Assembly: GCA_965208905.1 (NCBI GenBank)
Contig: OZ242365.1
Coordinates: 1,248,001-1,312,000, forward strand
Direction of reading: 5' to 3'
From: Nitrosopumilaceae archaeon
Lineage (GTDB): Archaea > Thermoproteota > Nitrososphaeria > Nitrososphaerales > Nitrosopumilaceae
Length of the DNA: 64,000 nt
Each line of letters starts with the position of its first letter. The stretch's first letter is position 1. Positions 1 through 9,325 of the stretch are shown piece by piece. A program made the position numbers and the translations under genes. Below the pieces are notes generated by a model. That model searched no databases. It saw nothing but the letters and a program-made list of their open reading frames with translations, and was not told the origin of the DNA.

Positions 1-997
1 ACTCTGGTTGCTTCTGCACAAACGTGCTGGTCTGAACCCACTTGGAATAGCCTGGCTCGACCACCTCTTCGGCCGATATGCGGACTGGTCGGCGGACTGC
101 GGCAGGCATATCCTCCAGATCAAGGTTCACCCTAGCCGCCTGCGTAATGCGCACGGCAGTCCTCTCTTTTAATATCAGGTTACGGAATTTTTCCCAGCCC
201 ATCTGCTCAACCAAGTACCTAAGCCGGTTCTTGTGCCTACTCTTGCGGTCTCCCAGCCGGTCATAGACCTTGAGAACGGCTATAAGCGTGTATATGACAT
301 TGTCCTCATCAGTAAAGTCCTCTATCTGTCGAGCTATGCAGGATTTGGCACCCAGCCCGCCACCAGCAAAGAACTTAAAGCCGCGCCTTGCCTGACCGTT
401 CACCGTCCGGATTTGTGGCACCAAACCCACATCCGCCGTCCGGGCCCGACCATGGTTCTCACAGCAGTCGTATGTAATCTTGAACTTGCGAGGAATGTTC
501 TGAGTCATTGTGTTCCTCAGAAAGAAGCGGCTGGTTGCTTCCGCGTACGGCGTAGGGTCAAATACCTCGTCCGGACAGACACCTGCCGTGGGGCTACACA
601 CTACATTGTGAACGGTATCACCGCACGACTCCCGACTGGTCAGATCCACCTCCGCAAGACTTCTCAGTATGTCTGGAACATCCTCCAGTACGACCCAGTG
701 CAGTTGCACGTTCTCACGCGCAGTGATGTGGGCGCTGCCTATCGAGTATTGCTCACTGAGCAATGAGAACCGCCTCAGTTGCTCGGGCGATATGCGGCCC
801 GCCGGTACCTTTACCCGCAACATTGAGTAGTCTGAAGTCAGGCGCGTAACATAACCACCATTATGTATGCGATACTTTACAAATGCATCCGGTGGATACG
901 TGCCCGCCCTGTATCTCTTCACCTTGTCAGCAAAGTCATCAACGTCTCTCACATCTGCCCACCTGAAGGTTGACTGTTGGAGCGGATGGGGACACAT
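1..997 (-). CDS. Nitrite/sulfite reductase (siroheme, 4Fe-4S), 5' part; runs off the window start
   Basis: Hand translation from ATG 997: MCPHPLQQSTFRWADVRDVDDFADKV...SMLRVKVPAGRISPEQL...AHITARENVQLHW...SRESCGDTVHNV...PRKFKI...GGGLG, typical NirA/Sir ferredoxin half-domain motifs. Absent from the ORF track because its stop lies outside the window. Confidence 0.85.
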   Translation of the reverse strand, partial: MCPHPLQQSTFRWADVRDVDDFADKVKRYRAGTYPPDAFVKYRIHNGGYVTRLTSDYSMLRVKVPAGRISPEQLRRFSLLSEQYSIGSAHITARENVQLHWVVLEDVPDILRSLAEVDLTSRESCGDTVHNVVCSPTAGVCPDEVFDPTPYAEATSRFFLRNTMTQNIPRKFKITYDCCENHGRARTADVGLVPQIRTVNGQARRGFKFFAGGGLGAKSCIARQIEDFTDEDNVIYTLIAVLKVYDRLGDRKSRHKNRLRYLVEQMGWEKFRNLILKERTAVRITQAARVNLDLEDMPAAVRRPVRISAEEVVEPGYSKWVQTSTFVQKQPE

Positions 998-1558
998 GAC
1001 TCTAAAATATCCTTTATATCCTATAAAAATATCTTGGTGTGATCGGGACTGTTGTGTAATTCGATACTGATCCCATTGAAGCCCGCCCGTTAGATTTTTT
1101 GATCGCTGATTCCCCACACTCGGCAATGAATAGACGGCCAGACTATTGGACATGCTACCACCTGAGACACAGTAGCAAAATGTCATTCATGATTGACGCC
1201 GTGATAAATTTGGTACGGGGGCACCCGTGCCCGCTCCAAGATAGGAGCAGCCGGGGACGACACCCATTCACTCCAAGGACAAACTAGACTTCATCCGTAT
1301 ACTGATAGTCGCTTGGCACAAGACCTCCCGCGACATGGAGAGACCTGTAGGTGATAAAGTTACAGTCCTTGCCGGCATATGCCGGCAGCACCCATGTTAA
1401 GGGGCGCCTGGATGTGGAGGGTTCTTGCATTGGCTCCCTTGTGAAACATCAAGCACTGACTGGAGAACGGGGGTGCTCCATGTACAATTGTTCCTTGGCG
1501 TGACATGTAATGCTGCAAGCCGGGGAGCTGCGCGCTTGCACAAGAACCTGAGTGGTAT

Positions 1559-3043
1559 CTACTCTGTTGGTGTAGTGGCAGTCTCTCCCTGAATACTGAT
1601 CTTTGGAGAGTTGTCTTTGTATGTGTCATGAACACTACCTTGCAATGTGTCTGCAATGGTCCATCCAGATGCAGTTCCTGCATCTTCAGTATTACTGGCG
1701 GTAAACATGAGGCGATATGCGTTTCCTGGCAAGGGGTTGTCCACACTAAACACCACATGATATGTGGTATCTGCATCCAAACGTATCTCATCGTCGGCGG
1801 TAAATGTGTAATAACCCTTGGAGACAGGATTGTTCCCGTATAGTGTACCTATCAAATCTTTCGGCACACCTGAATCATCAGACGCTATACTTATACGGAT
1901 ATCACCAGGAGATCCCGCCAGAGAGTCAAACCCGGCAGTCAGACTATACAACACATACCCATTGGTGTCTGGACCGGTGTGAAATGCCTGCGATATGCCA
2001 TCTGGAGTATGACCGACAAACAACGAGCCAGGACTACTCTCTTGTGCAAGGTTGCTTACAAGGTATATGCGCTCAAACTGCAGTGTAGCTATGGGACCTC
2101 CAAGGAATTTACCCACATCGCGTATGCTCATTATGGTTTGATGCGGAGTAGTGGCATCATTATTTAGTGAGAACCCATCTCCATTCTCAGTACCTGCATC
2201 ATACGGAAATAACTCGACTAAACCGTGGTCTCTCCAAGAACCGTCACTCTGTAGTAGTGGCATACTCGATACGCCAGCAAACCAATCCGGACTTGGAGCT
2301 ATCATTGTTGCCAGCGTCATTGATGCATGTTTACCAGACATCTCAACCTCAAAGGCTGCAGAAGGCGTAACGCCAAAATCAACACCTGCCTCTATCACAT
2401 CTGATGTATGTGGTTGAGATGCAATAACCTCAGACCTTAACGTACCTGTTGTGCCCAATTCGGCCATTCTTTCGGTACCTGGGCTAGCAAGACCGCCAAC
2501 CTCCCAGAGACTTACTCCAGCATTGTGTACGCCTCCTATTAGGGTGGTGAAGTGGGCATTACCTGGTATGACAACATCTGGTATTAGTACATCTTTTGTA
2601 AATGCACCCTTAAACACAACCCGATAAGCCGCCTCTGTGGGTGGAATCACATTATACGTGACAGTTTCTACAGAGCACTCTGATGTATGTGATGTGTTGT
2701 TATACTTAGCATATATGATATGGGTGCCGACCCCAAGCTCAGCCGTCACATCCACCATATGTGTATCCGTACTATCGGAGATGTTTGTTGGAGGACTGAT
2801 GGCATTGGTACAATTATCCAAGTATAATGTGAGTGTGTCCCCTCCCTCGGGTACCATAACAGATACTGTGGGTGTGGTATCACTCCCCACATACGTTCCA
2901 TCATATAAGGCTCCAGCAGTCACCACTCCGTGAATGGATGGCGGCGCAAGATACATCTTCTGAGTATCCATCTCCAGCCCTGCTGCGGGACTGCCCAGTA
3001 TAACCGCTAATACGACAACCCCCGCAAGCACTACATACATCAT
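1559..3043 (-). CDS. Secreted Spondin_N-domain protein with Ig-like region and C-terminal choice-of-anchor-R-like domain
   Basis: Signal peptide MMYVVLAGVVVLAVILG; Spondin_N motifs AHFTTLIGGVHN, MIAPSPDWF, LFPYDAGTE; C-terminal LVSNLAQ...QAFHTG...YTFTA...TTYHVV. The ORF-track start (3115) lies inside the transposon TIR; TTTAATA at 3070-3064 favours ATG 3043 or 3040. Confidence 0.8.
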   Translation of the reverse strand: MMYVVLAGVVVLAVILGSPAAGLEMDTQKMYLAPPSIHGVVTAGALYDGTYVGSDTTPTVSVMVPEGGDTLTLYLDNCTNAISPPTNISDSTDTHMVDVTAELGVGTHIIYAKYNNTSHTSECSVETVTYNVIPPTEAAYRVVFKGAFTKDVLIPDVVIPGNAHFTTLIGGVHNAGVSLWEVGGLASPGTERMAELGTTGTLRSEVIASQPHTSDVIEAGVDFGVTPSAAFEVEMSGKHASMTLATMIAPSPDWFAGVSSMPLLQSDGSWRDHGLVELFPYDAGTENGDGFSLNNDATTPHQTIMSIRDVGKFLGGPIATLQFERIYLVSNLAQESSPGSLFVGHTPDGISQAFHTGPDTNGYVLYSLTAGFDSLAGSPGDIRISIASDDSGVPKDLIGTLYGNNPVSKGYYTFTADDEIRLDADTTYHVVFSVDNPLPGNAYRLMFTASNTEDAGTASGWTIADTLQGSVHDTYKDNSPKISIQGETATTPTE

Positions 3044-3076
3044 CAAGAGGCACTGTGTCATTCTATTAAAGATTTT

Positions 3077-3084
3077 GATACGTC
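3077..3084. repeat. Left copy of 8-bp target-site duplication GATACGTC
   Basis: Abuts the left TIR; identical to 37966-37973. Confidence 0.92.
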
Positions 3085-3234
3085 TGAACTGTCCCATTAA
3101 TGGCGCCTGTCCCAAAGTGGCGCCTAGAGTAGAAACTGGGGTCTGATTGTTTTGTAGATATTTCCTACGTGGAGTGGAAATGAGGTCGAAACAGTGGAGT
3201 GGAAATGATGGTAGGTGACCTGTATTTCCAGTCC
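3085..3234 (+). repeat. Left end L1: 41-bp TIR plus subterminal GGAGTGGAAA module
   Basis: TIR 3085-3125; motifs at 3126 (AGAGTAGAAA), 3171 and 3196; GACCTGTATTTCCA at ~3217. Confidence 0.9.
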
Positions 3235-3651
3235 AGATCTGTCAACCTTAAAACCTACAAAGTTATTTCTATTTTGATGGACAAGGAACCTTCTGATGCG
3301 CAAGTCAGTTGTAATGCCTCCCAGAATAAATGGCCTCCAGTACACAGATACACACCATATGTGATATGTGGTGACGTTTCTCAACCATACTTTAGTTTAG
3401 ACAGAATCATCATATTCGGAGTGACATTCCTCTGACAGAACAGGTCTTCAATACGACGCTTGGAAAAGCTCTAAGACGCGTCATACCAGAATGGAATGCC
3501 AAAAACGTACTTATACAACAGACCAAGACACTACAGGAATCCTCCTAAGGTTTTGGGGATTAGATACATGAGCATACCACCTTGTGGGGCTAGTGCTCAA
3601 TGACTATCCCGTGCACTGTTAATATATGACCACATGTGTCGGTATAACAAC

Positions 3652-3909
3652 ATGGACGTAGATACACTCAAAAGATCCATAAGTCCCAGGTACGGACCCC
3701 TCTACACTATTGGCATTACCAACGATCCGAAAAAGCGTAAGAAGGAACACGAGCAAGACGGTAAGGATACGAAGTATTGGCATGATTGGGCAGTAGACAG
3801 TAAGAGCGTGGCAGAGGCTGTGGAGAAATACTTCATAGGTAAGAAAACGAAGGGTGGTACCGGCGGAAACGTTGATGGCTCCAAGACCGTTTACGTGTAT
3901 ATATTCTGA
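3652..3909 (+). CDS. Small GIY-YIG-like protein, paralog 1
   Basis: YTIGITNDPKKRKKEH...W...AEAVEKYF...GGTGG...VYVYIF; TTAATATA about 26 nt before ATG 3652; T-run after the stop. Confidence 0.7.
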   Translation: MDVDTLKRSISPRYGPLYTIGITNDPKKRKKEHEQDGKDTKYWHDWAVDSKSVAEAVEKYFIGKKTKGGTGGNVDGSKTVYVYIF

Positions 3910-4003
3910 TTTTTTTTGTAGGTGCTTCCATGTGTTTGAGTTGCTAAAACCAATTGATGTTATGTGTTGTCTACTCGATTATATAATTCCCGAAGTTGGT
4001 TGG

Positions 4004-4090
4004 TACTGGTAAGAAACGCTGACCTGTTGTATGGTTGGGAAGGTGCTGACCCGGAGTGGAAACGGGGGTTTTGCACAATCAGGCATGCAG
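4004..4090 (+). repeat. TIR-less internal site (B-arm plus GGAGTGGAAA)
   Basis: CTGGTAAGAAACGCTGACCTGT...TGGGAAGGTGCTGACCC then GGAGTGGAAA (4053) and GCACAATCAGG, matching the other end modules. Confidence 0.75.
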
Positions 4091-4170
4091 AGCTGAAATT
4101 AATTCGCGTGTAATGTATGACCGGATCCGCCCATCAACTGTAGTATGCGGACATCGGTGGTGAGTTAATA

Positions 4171-5406
4171 TTATGTGCTGGCATAATTTTCCGCCCGCTC
4201 CAACGCAAGCTTTACATCCATATCGCTAGGGTCGTGCTTTTCTGCCTTTTTGAGCCACTCTTTGGCATCCTTGTACTGTTTTAGTTTGAAATACTTCATG
4301 CCGACTTCATACGCGGTGTCAACGGTATCCGCCAACTCATGCGCCTTCTTGGAAAATTTAATTGTCATATCAGGGGTAAACCCAAGCTCCTCCAGCCTGC
4401 TGGTGGCCAACCAATATGCATCTGCTGAGTCGGCGCATATCTCAAAGGCCCTATCCACATGCCCCTGATAATCCTTACCTGCTGCTCTGAACCCGTCCAC
4501 TATATCGCACATGATCCGCGCCGCATCCATGCGTAGCCATTTGGCCTCTTTCTTCTTGCTCGTGGGAATTACCTTCACATGCTCCAAGAGGGAGTTTAGT
4601 GCCTGATGTAATACGTCTCCAGCACCTTTGTTACCGATATGTGCCAATGATCTTCCGTAACACATTAGATACTTCCAGTCGGAGTGACCGCGCACTAATC
4701 TCAGACTGCTCACCGCATCCTTATGCCTACCTGCCTCCGAGAGCTCCCGGCCACTGTAAAAAGCATAGTCGTCGCGACCAAGCACAACCTCAAACAGATC
4801 CTTTGCCAATGCGATGCATACTCTTGGGCTGAGATTCGTGTCTTCCAGTGTGTGGGTATGGGTGTGGCGTCGCTCGAACAGATCATCATATTCTTCCACA
4901 TCGATTTTTCTTTCATCAAGTACACGGTTGGTGACATCTAAACTGTTGACCGCCTCCACACTCTGGAAGTTTAGCGCGGATGCTGCAAGGGACTCTATCA
5001 GCATGGGTTGCCGTATATCACATGCTTCGTCAATCAGGGTATTAAGATCCTTGATACTAATAGTAAAACTACCGTCATTGGCAATGTCCTGAACATGTTT
5101 GCGGAGCACCTCATCATGGCGGCGCGTGTTATCCACACACCAACTGTCTGACCAGTCCAACATATCCATCACCAACAGCACATTGAGTATGAGTTCTTGC
5201 GGCATGGGTTCGCCGTCCCCATACATGAATCTCTTTTTTGTCCTGCAAAACTCCTCGATCATAGTACAGACTGCCACCGGAACCTGCTTTTTGAGAACTG
5301 GAGGGAGTCTGTACGCCTCGATATGCTCCTCAAGACGGTGCAGGTGGCTCAACGTCCGCTCATACGTGAGGTGTGAGAAGATAGTGTTTCTGTTTTTGTG
5401 TCGCAT
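4171..5406 (-). CDS. Putative HEPN-domain plus TPR-repeat protein
   Basis: VAVCTMIEEFCR, NFQS and LFERRHTHTH (R-x4-H) in the N-terminal half; TPR-like helices, e.g. AYEVGMKYFKLKQYKDAKEWLKKAEKHDP, in the C-terminal half. Confidence 0.6.
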   Translation of the reverse strand: MRHKNRNTIFSHLTYERTLSHLHRLEEHIEAYRLPPVLKKQVPVAVCTMIEEFCRTKKRFMYGDGEPMPQELILNVLLVMDMLDWSDSWCVDNTRRHDEVLRKHVQDIANDGSFTISIKDLNTLIDEACDIRQPMLIESLAASALNFQSVEAVNSLDVTNRVLDERKIDVEEYDDLFERRHTHTHTLEDTNLSPRVCIALAKDLFEVVLGRDDYAFYSGRELSEAGRHKDAVSSLRLVRGHSDWKYLMCYGRSLAHIGNKGAGDVLHQALNSLLEHVKVIPTSKKKEAKWLRMDAARIMCDIVDGFRAAGKDYQGHVDRAFEICADSADAYWLATSRLEELGFTPDMTIKFSKKAHELADTVDTAYEVGMKYFKLKQYKDAKEWLKKAEKHDPSDMDVKLALERAENYAST

Positions 5407-5964
5407 TATGGTCTATGATGCGCGCCCCATTGCAAAAATGTTTTGTTCATTTGTCGAATGTTATGGGTACACGTTTAGGCTAAGCGAACTTTGCGTCACA
5501 ATCATACCTGAATACCACATTAACCCATTCCTTTGATAACATAGTTGCAGGCAGACATGGAGTGCGGCGCGGACACATTCTGACAGTTCCCACCCTAGAT
5601 CTCTGTCTTGATGTTGGATTCTGCGACAGTTAACTACTTGGCGGTGGCCATGTACCAGTCGAGTATGGGGTATGCGGACCTCCCAGTACAGGTACATCAC
5701 ACCCACGGCATCCTGGAGCGGGAGCTCACCAGACTGGACGCCCTCTCCACATGCGACCTCCATACGCTGGTGCCGCGCAGACCCATACAGTACGACCCAC
5801 TGCAGGGAGTCTCTACCGAGTGATTAGTGGTTGTTAACTTGTTGTGTGGCAAGGTGCTGGCCACAAGAGGCCGCAATCCGGAGACTTACATAGATGGGTA
5901 GACAGGGATCCGGCCCACATGGGCGTTCAGACGGTTAATATGGCCATCCCATAGTTTTGAGCCA

Positions 5965-6234
5965 ATGGACAAGAACGAACTCAAGGAGTGGATAGAGGCC
6001 ACAAGAGGCAGTGTGCCTTATGGCGCGTGGACTATCGGCATTACCGTCAATCCGGCGGAACGCAAGAAGGCGCATGAGGCTGACAACAAGAATGTGGTGT
6101 TCTGATGGCATCGGGAGGCCAACAGCAAGCAAGTAGCACAAGATGCGGAGACATACTTCCTGGACAAAGGGATGAAGGGCGGCAGAGGCGGCAATATTGG
6201 TGACAACGAGACCGTCTATGTGTACATATTCTGA
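5965..6234 (+). pseudogene. Small GIY-YIG-like protein, paralog 2, with in-frame TGA
   Basis: MDKNELKEWIEATRGSVPYGAWTIGITVNPAERKKAHEADNKNVVF*WHREANSKQVAQDAETYFLDKGMKGGRGGNIGDNETVYVYIF; TGA at 6103-6105 aligns with a Trp of paralog 1. Confidence 0.85.
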
Positions 6235-6335
6235 TTTTTTAGATGGTTAGAGACGGCTAGGACACTCTATAGACGGAACTATGACAGATGTAATGGTCTT
6301 ATAGAGATGATCGATTGAGTGGGTGCGGCGGCGCC

Positions 6336-6830
6336 CTATGATATGGTTATTGGTCGTCTAATCTTTAACTTTGTTGCAATATCAATAAGGTTTCGTGTTT
6401 TGTTTTCAAGTTCGTTGTTTTCACCGTACTTCTTCCACATGTGAGATCGGCTGTTCTTTAGTACTGCCGGATCGTCGAACTTCTCAACCAGCCAAGATTC
6501 TATCTCAATAATTTGGGCAACACCTGTCGTATAGTTATCCTCATCTGGAAGTTGTGTGAGGTTGTTTTCAATATTAAGACGCAACAGTTCTAGCCGCCGT
6601 ACATGCCTTGTGAAATATAGTTCGAGCATCATCGCCTTCTCGTCACTGTCATGCATGTCCATGGATTTGGAGTTAATCGTGCTTGTAATTTTTATCAGTT
6701 CACGTACGTTGTTGTTTATTGTTTTTTTCACATACCTTTGCCGTTTATTTTCATCTGACCTTCTACTCCACCATACATATAGGCCAAATCCAACACTAAA
6801 CAAGGAGAAGTATGGTATAATTTCCTCCAT
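6336..6830 (-). CDS. Hypothetical protein with N-terminal membrane anchor
   Basis: 164-aa ORF; hydrophobic YFSLFSVGFGLYVWW followed by a basic coiled segment. Confidence 0.6.
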   Translation of the reverse strand: MEEIIPYFSLFSVGFGLYVWWSRRSDENKRQRYVKKTINNNVRELIKITSTINSKSMDMHDSDEKAMMLELYFTRHVRRLELLRLNIENNLTQLPDEDNYTTGVAQIIEIESWLVEKFDDPAVLKNSRSHMWKKYGENNELENKTRNLIDIATKLKIRRPITIS

Positions 6831-6851
6831 GATCTGTCCATCTACCGTATA

Positions 6852-7544
6852 TTATTTAGGTGTTTCAGGATCAAAAGTCAGATCATCCAACATGCGATAC
6901 CAGTCTGAGTCCTCAATATCAAGATAAAACGAAATTGTAAAATCTGTACGCATATTCATGGATGCCGGCTTATTCCGTTTTATTGGGCCAAATTCGAAAA
7001 TACCAAATCTTACCTTGACGGTCTCGGCCACGTTTACAAATTCATCAAACTTGTCATGGGTTGAGCCGCACGTGTTTTGGATTAGTTCGTAGTCCAGTCG
7101 GAGGAGATTTGTGCTGTTATGATATCTGATTCCATCCAGTCCAAACTCTAAACTCATTTTTTTAATAAAATTATACCGATTCACCCGAGTCAATTTCTCT
7201 CTGATATCATTTACTAATTGATGATTTGTTAGTGGCATTTCATCTATGGGTCCTTCCAAACCATGCAGGTTTTTTAACAGCACGTATGCATCCTCTCTCG
7301 CCTCCGTTATTCCGAGCAAATACAATTTCCTTGTTTTGGTACGAAAGAGAAAATTGCATAATGCCGTTCCTATCTTTGGCTTTTGTATCCACACTTTTCC
7401 GTGTATGTTACCCTCTTTCAATTTTACATCTCCTATTCTAGGGAATCGCGATTCGTCATTATTCTCTACTTCTTTAAGCGCATTAAAAATTACATCAGCA
7501 TCATTAGTCACTATTTCGTAAACCTTGGCTGAGCGACTTATCAT
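6852..7544 (-). CDS. Hypothetical protein
   Basis: 230-aa ORF, 21 bp upstream of 6336..6830 on the same strand. Confidence 0.6.
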   Translation of the reverse strand: MISRSAKVYEIVTNDADVIFNALKEVENNDESRFPRIGDVKLKEGNIHGKVWIQKPKIGTALCNFLFRTKTRKLYLLGITEAREDAYVLLKNLHGLEGPIDEMPLTNHQLVNDIREKLTRVNRYNFIKKMSLEFGLDGIRYHNSTNLLRLDYELIQNTCGSTHDKFDEFVNVAETVKVRFGIFEFGPIKRNKPASMNMRTDFTISFYLDIEDSDWYRMLDDLTFDPETPK

Positions 7545-7970
7545 TCACAAGCCTCCGTTATTTAGCCTGCCGAACATGAAGCACCGACCATTCAGCCGCC
7601 TCCCGCTCTTCATATCCAATGCATCTGACATGGGCAAGACCATGGTGTGGATCCGTTCCATGGCGTGGTCTCACAGCATGCCTACATAACCCCACAACTC
7701 TTATCTGGTTCACTATTCGTCAAATTAAGTGGACTAGGGTTGGGCACTTAAGTGTATGGGTCCCTGACGGCTGTTAAGTTAGTGTGACCTGGGATCTGTT
7801 GTTAAATCTGTGACTTGGGTGTTAAAGGAGTGATCTGGGGGGGGGGGGGGGACAGTGTTAAATCTGCGAGGTCGTGTCGGGGGCGGTGCTTGTGCTAAGC
7901 CTAAACGCGTACGACGGCGCGGCCAGATGATATAAATAGCCACGCTGCCGATCACGCCCAATGAACAGAA

Positions 7971-8228
7971 ATGAATAGTAAGGGCATAATTGACGGCATA
8001 CTGGATGTTATAAGGCAGGACAGTGGGCCAATATGGTCCGTTGGAACCACATCAGATCCGGAGGCATGTAGGAAAAAACACAATGCCAAAGGATGGCATG
8101 TATGGGTAGCAGACGATTTGGATACCGCCTTATACGTCGAAGCCCATTTCAACCATACGAAACTAACTGGACATGGTTTGGGTTGTCCAATGAATGGCCC
8201 GAGCATCTTTGTGTATCTGTTTTGGTGA
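7971..8228 (+). CDS. Small GIY-YIG-like protein, paralog 3
   Basis: WSVGTTSDPEACRKKH...WHVW...ALYVEAHF...GHGLG...IFVYLF aligns with paralogs 1 and 2; TATAAATA upstream. Confidence 0.65.
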   Translation: MNSKGIIDGILDVIRQDSGPIWSVGTTSDPEACRKKHNAKGWHVWVADDLDTALYVEAHFNHTKLTGHGLGCPMNGPSIFVYLFW

Positions 8229-8360
8229 GTAGGATACTCTGTACTGGTCCCGATTCTCGGCCCTACACCCTAGGAGCCGAACCCTTGGCAACTGGAAAGT
8301 TAGTGGGGGATGAGATCTCTTGAAAAGTTGGGAGATGGCGGCTCGACGGATACAATATAG

Positions 8361-8623
8361 TGAACTGTTCAGTTAACAGCGCCTGTTCAATTATAGCGCC
8401 CGGAGTGGAAACGTCGGTAGTGCACGATCAGGTGTGCGGAGTGGAGATGAGGTCAAAATGGTGGGGTGGAAATGGTGGCCGTATACCTAGGTTTCTAGTC
8501 TAGGGGAGCTGGGAAGATACGGTGACCTGTACAAAAGTGGGAAATGTGTGACCTAGAATCTGGGAAATGTGTGACCTACCTACATTTCCACTCCGCTCAA
8601 TCAACCACCATTTCCACTCCAGG
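8361..8623 (+). repeat. Internal left-end variant L2 with motif module, B-arm and an inverted motif pair
   Basis: TGAACTGTTCAGTTAACAGCGCCTGTTCAATTATAGCGCCC (29/41 to TIR); motifs at 8402, 8438, 8463; B-arm 8506-8554; TTTCCACTCC at 8585 and 8611. Confidence 0.85.
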
Positions 8624-8658
8624 TGTAATTGGTTACCACGAAGCATTACGTAATATTA

Positions 8659-9273
8659 CTAATCACCATCATAAGCACGAAACAGCTTCAGGAGCCACCG
8701 TTTGTTACACTCATTCTCTTTGATAAACTTCTTGACGGATTTTATTAGATTCTCTAAACTAGCCTCCATAGGTTCAGACATTGAACCAGGTAAGCGATAA
8801 AACGGTCTCAACACATCTGGATCCGACTCCCTCATAAGCTTACGGTTGTATGAATCGACAGCTCTATGTAAGTGGTGAACATCTTTCTGCAATTTGTGAC
8901 TCAGATATGAGATTCCACCGGAGTTGGCTAAACCCTCATAACCACTCTTTTGTAATGGTAGAAGGACATCCCGTAATGTCCTCGGTTGTGTAGTGTGAGG
9001 TCCCACTTGTAATGGTAGAAAGATGTCCTTACCTGAACCAAGTATATTTTTGGAGACTCTCATGGTCTCATACATTACGTCAAGATCTGCAAGCAACATC
9101 TTCGCAAAGCGTATACGATGTAATACATTGCGTACATGCCAGTGGAGGATGAAGAATACAAGTCCCACACCAATAGCAACGACTTCAATAATTGTCGGCA
9201 ACCAGTCAGGAGGTAACATCACTATACATGGTGTAATGGTTACGTAAATACCCCCGCTACACACAATCGACAA
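8659..9273 (-). CDS. Hypothetical membrane-anchored protein
   Basis: TM segment TIIEVVAIGVGLVFFILHW; the true start may be the internal MLPPDW. Confidence 0.55.
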   Translation of the reverse strand: MSIVCSGGIYVTITPCIVMLPPDWLPTIIEVVAIGVGLVFFILHWHVRNVLHRIRFAKMLLADLDVMYETMRVSKNILGSGKDIFLPLQVGPHTTQPRTLRDVLLPLQKSGYEGLANSGGISYLSHKLQKDVHHLHRAVDSYNRKLMRESDPDVLRPFYRLPGSMSEPMEASLENLIKSVKKFIKENECNKRWLLKLFRAYDGD

Positions 9274-9325
9274 TCATAAATTAGATGTTACAACACCCAT
9301 CAAAAATTAAAAAATGAAAAGTTGT

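Noticed and set aside
78-1070. Plus-strand ORFs 78..266, 233..766, 867..1070, and similar antisense ORFs throughout the window
   Set aside because: Shadows of well-supported genes on the opposite strand.
3044-3435. ORF-track N-terminal extension of the spondin gene and ORFs 3124..3384 and 3199..3435
   Set aside because: They run through the TIR and subterminal motifs and are likely spurious.
6103-6105. In-frame TGA as selenocysteine or a recoded stop
   Set aside because: It aligns with Trp in the paralog, and other genes here use TGA as stop; a nonsense mutation is simpler.
7837-7851. G15 homopolymer as phase-variation tract or G-quadruplex
   Set aside because: Not within a credible gene or promoter; poly-G is a common sequencing artefact and cannot be judged without reads.
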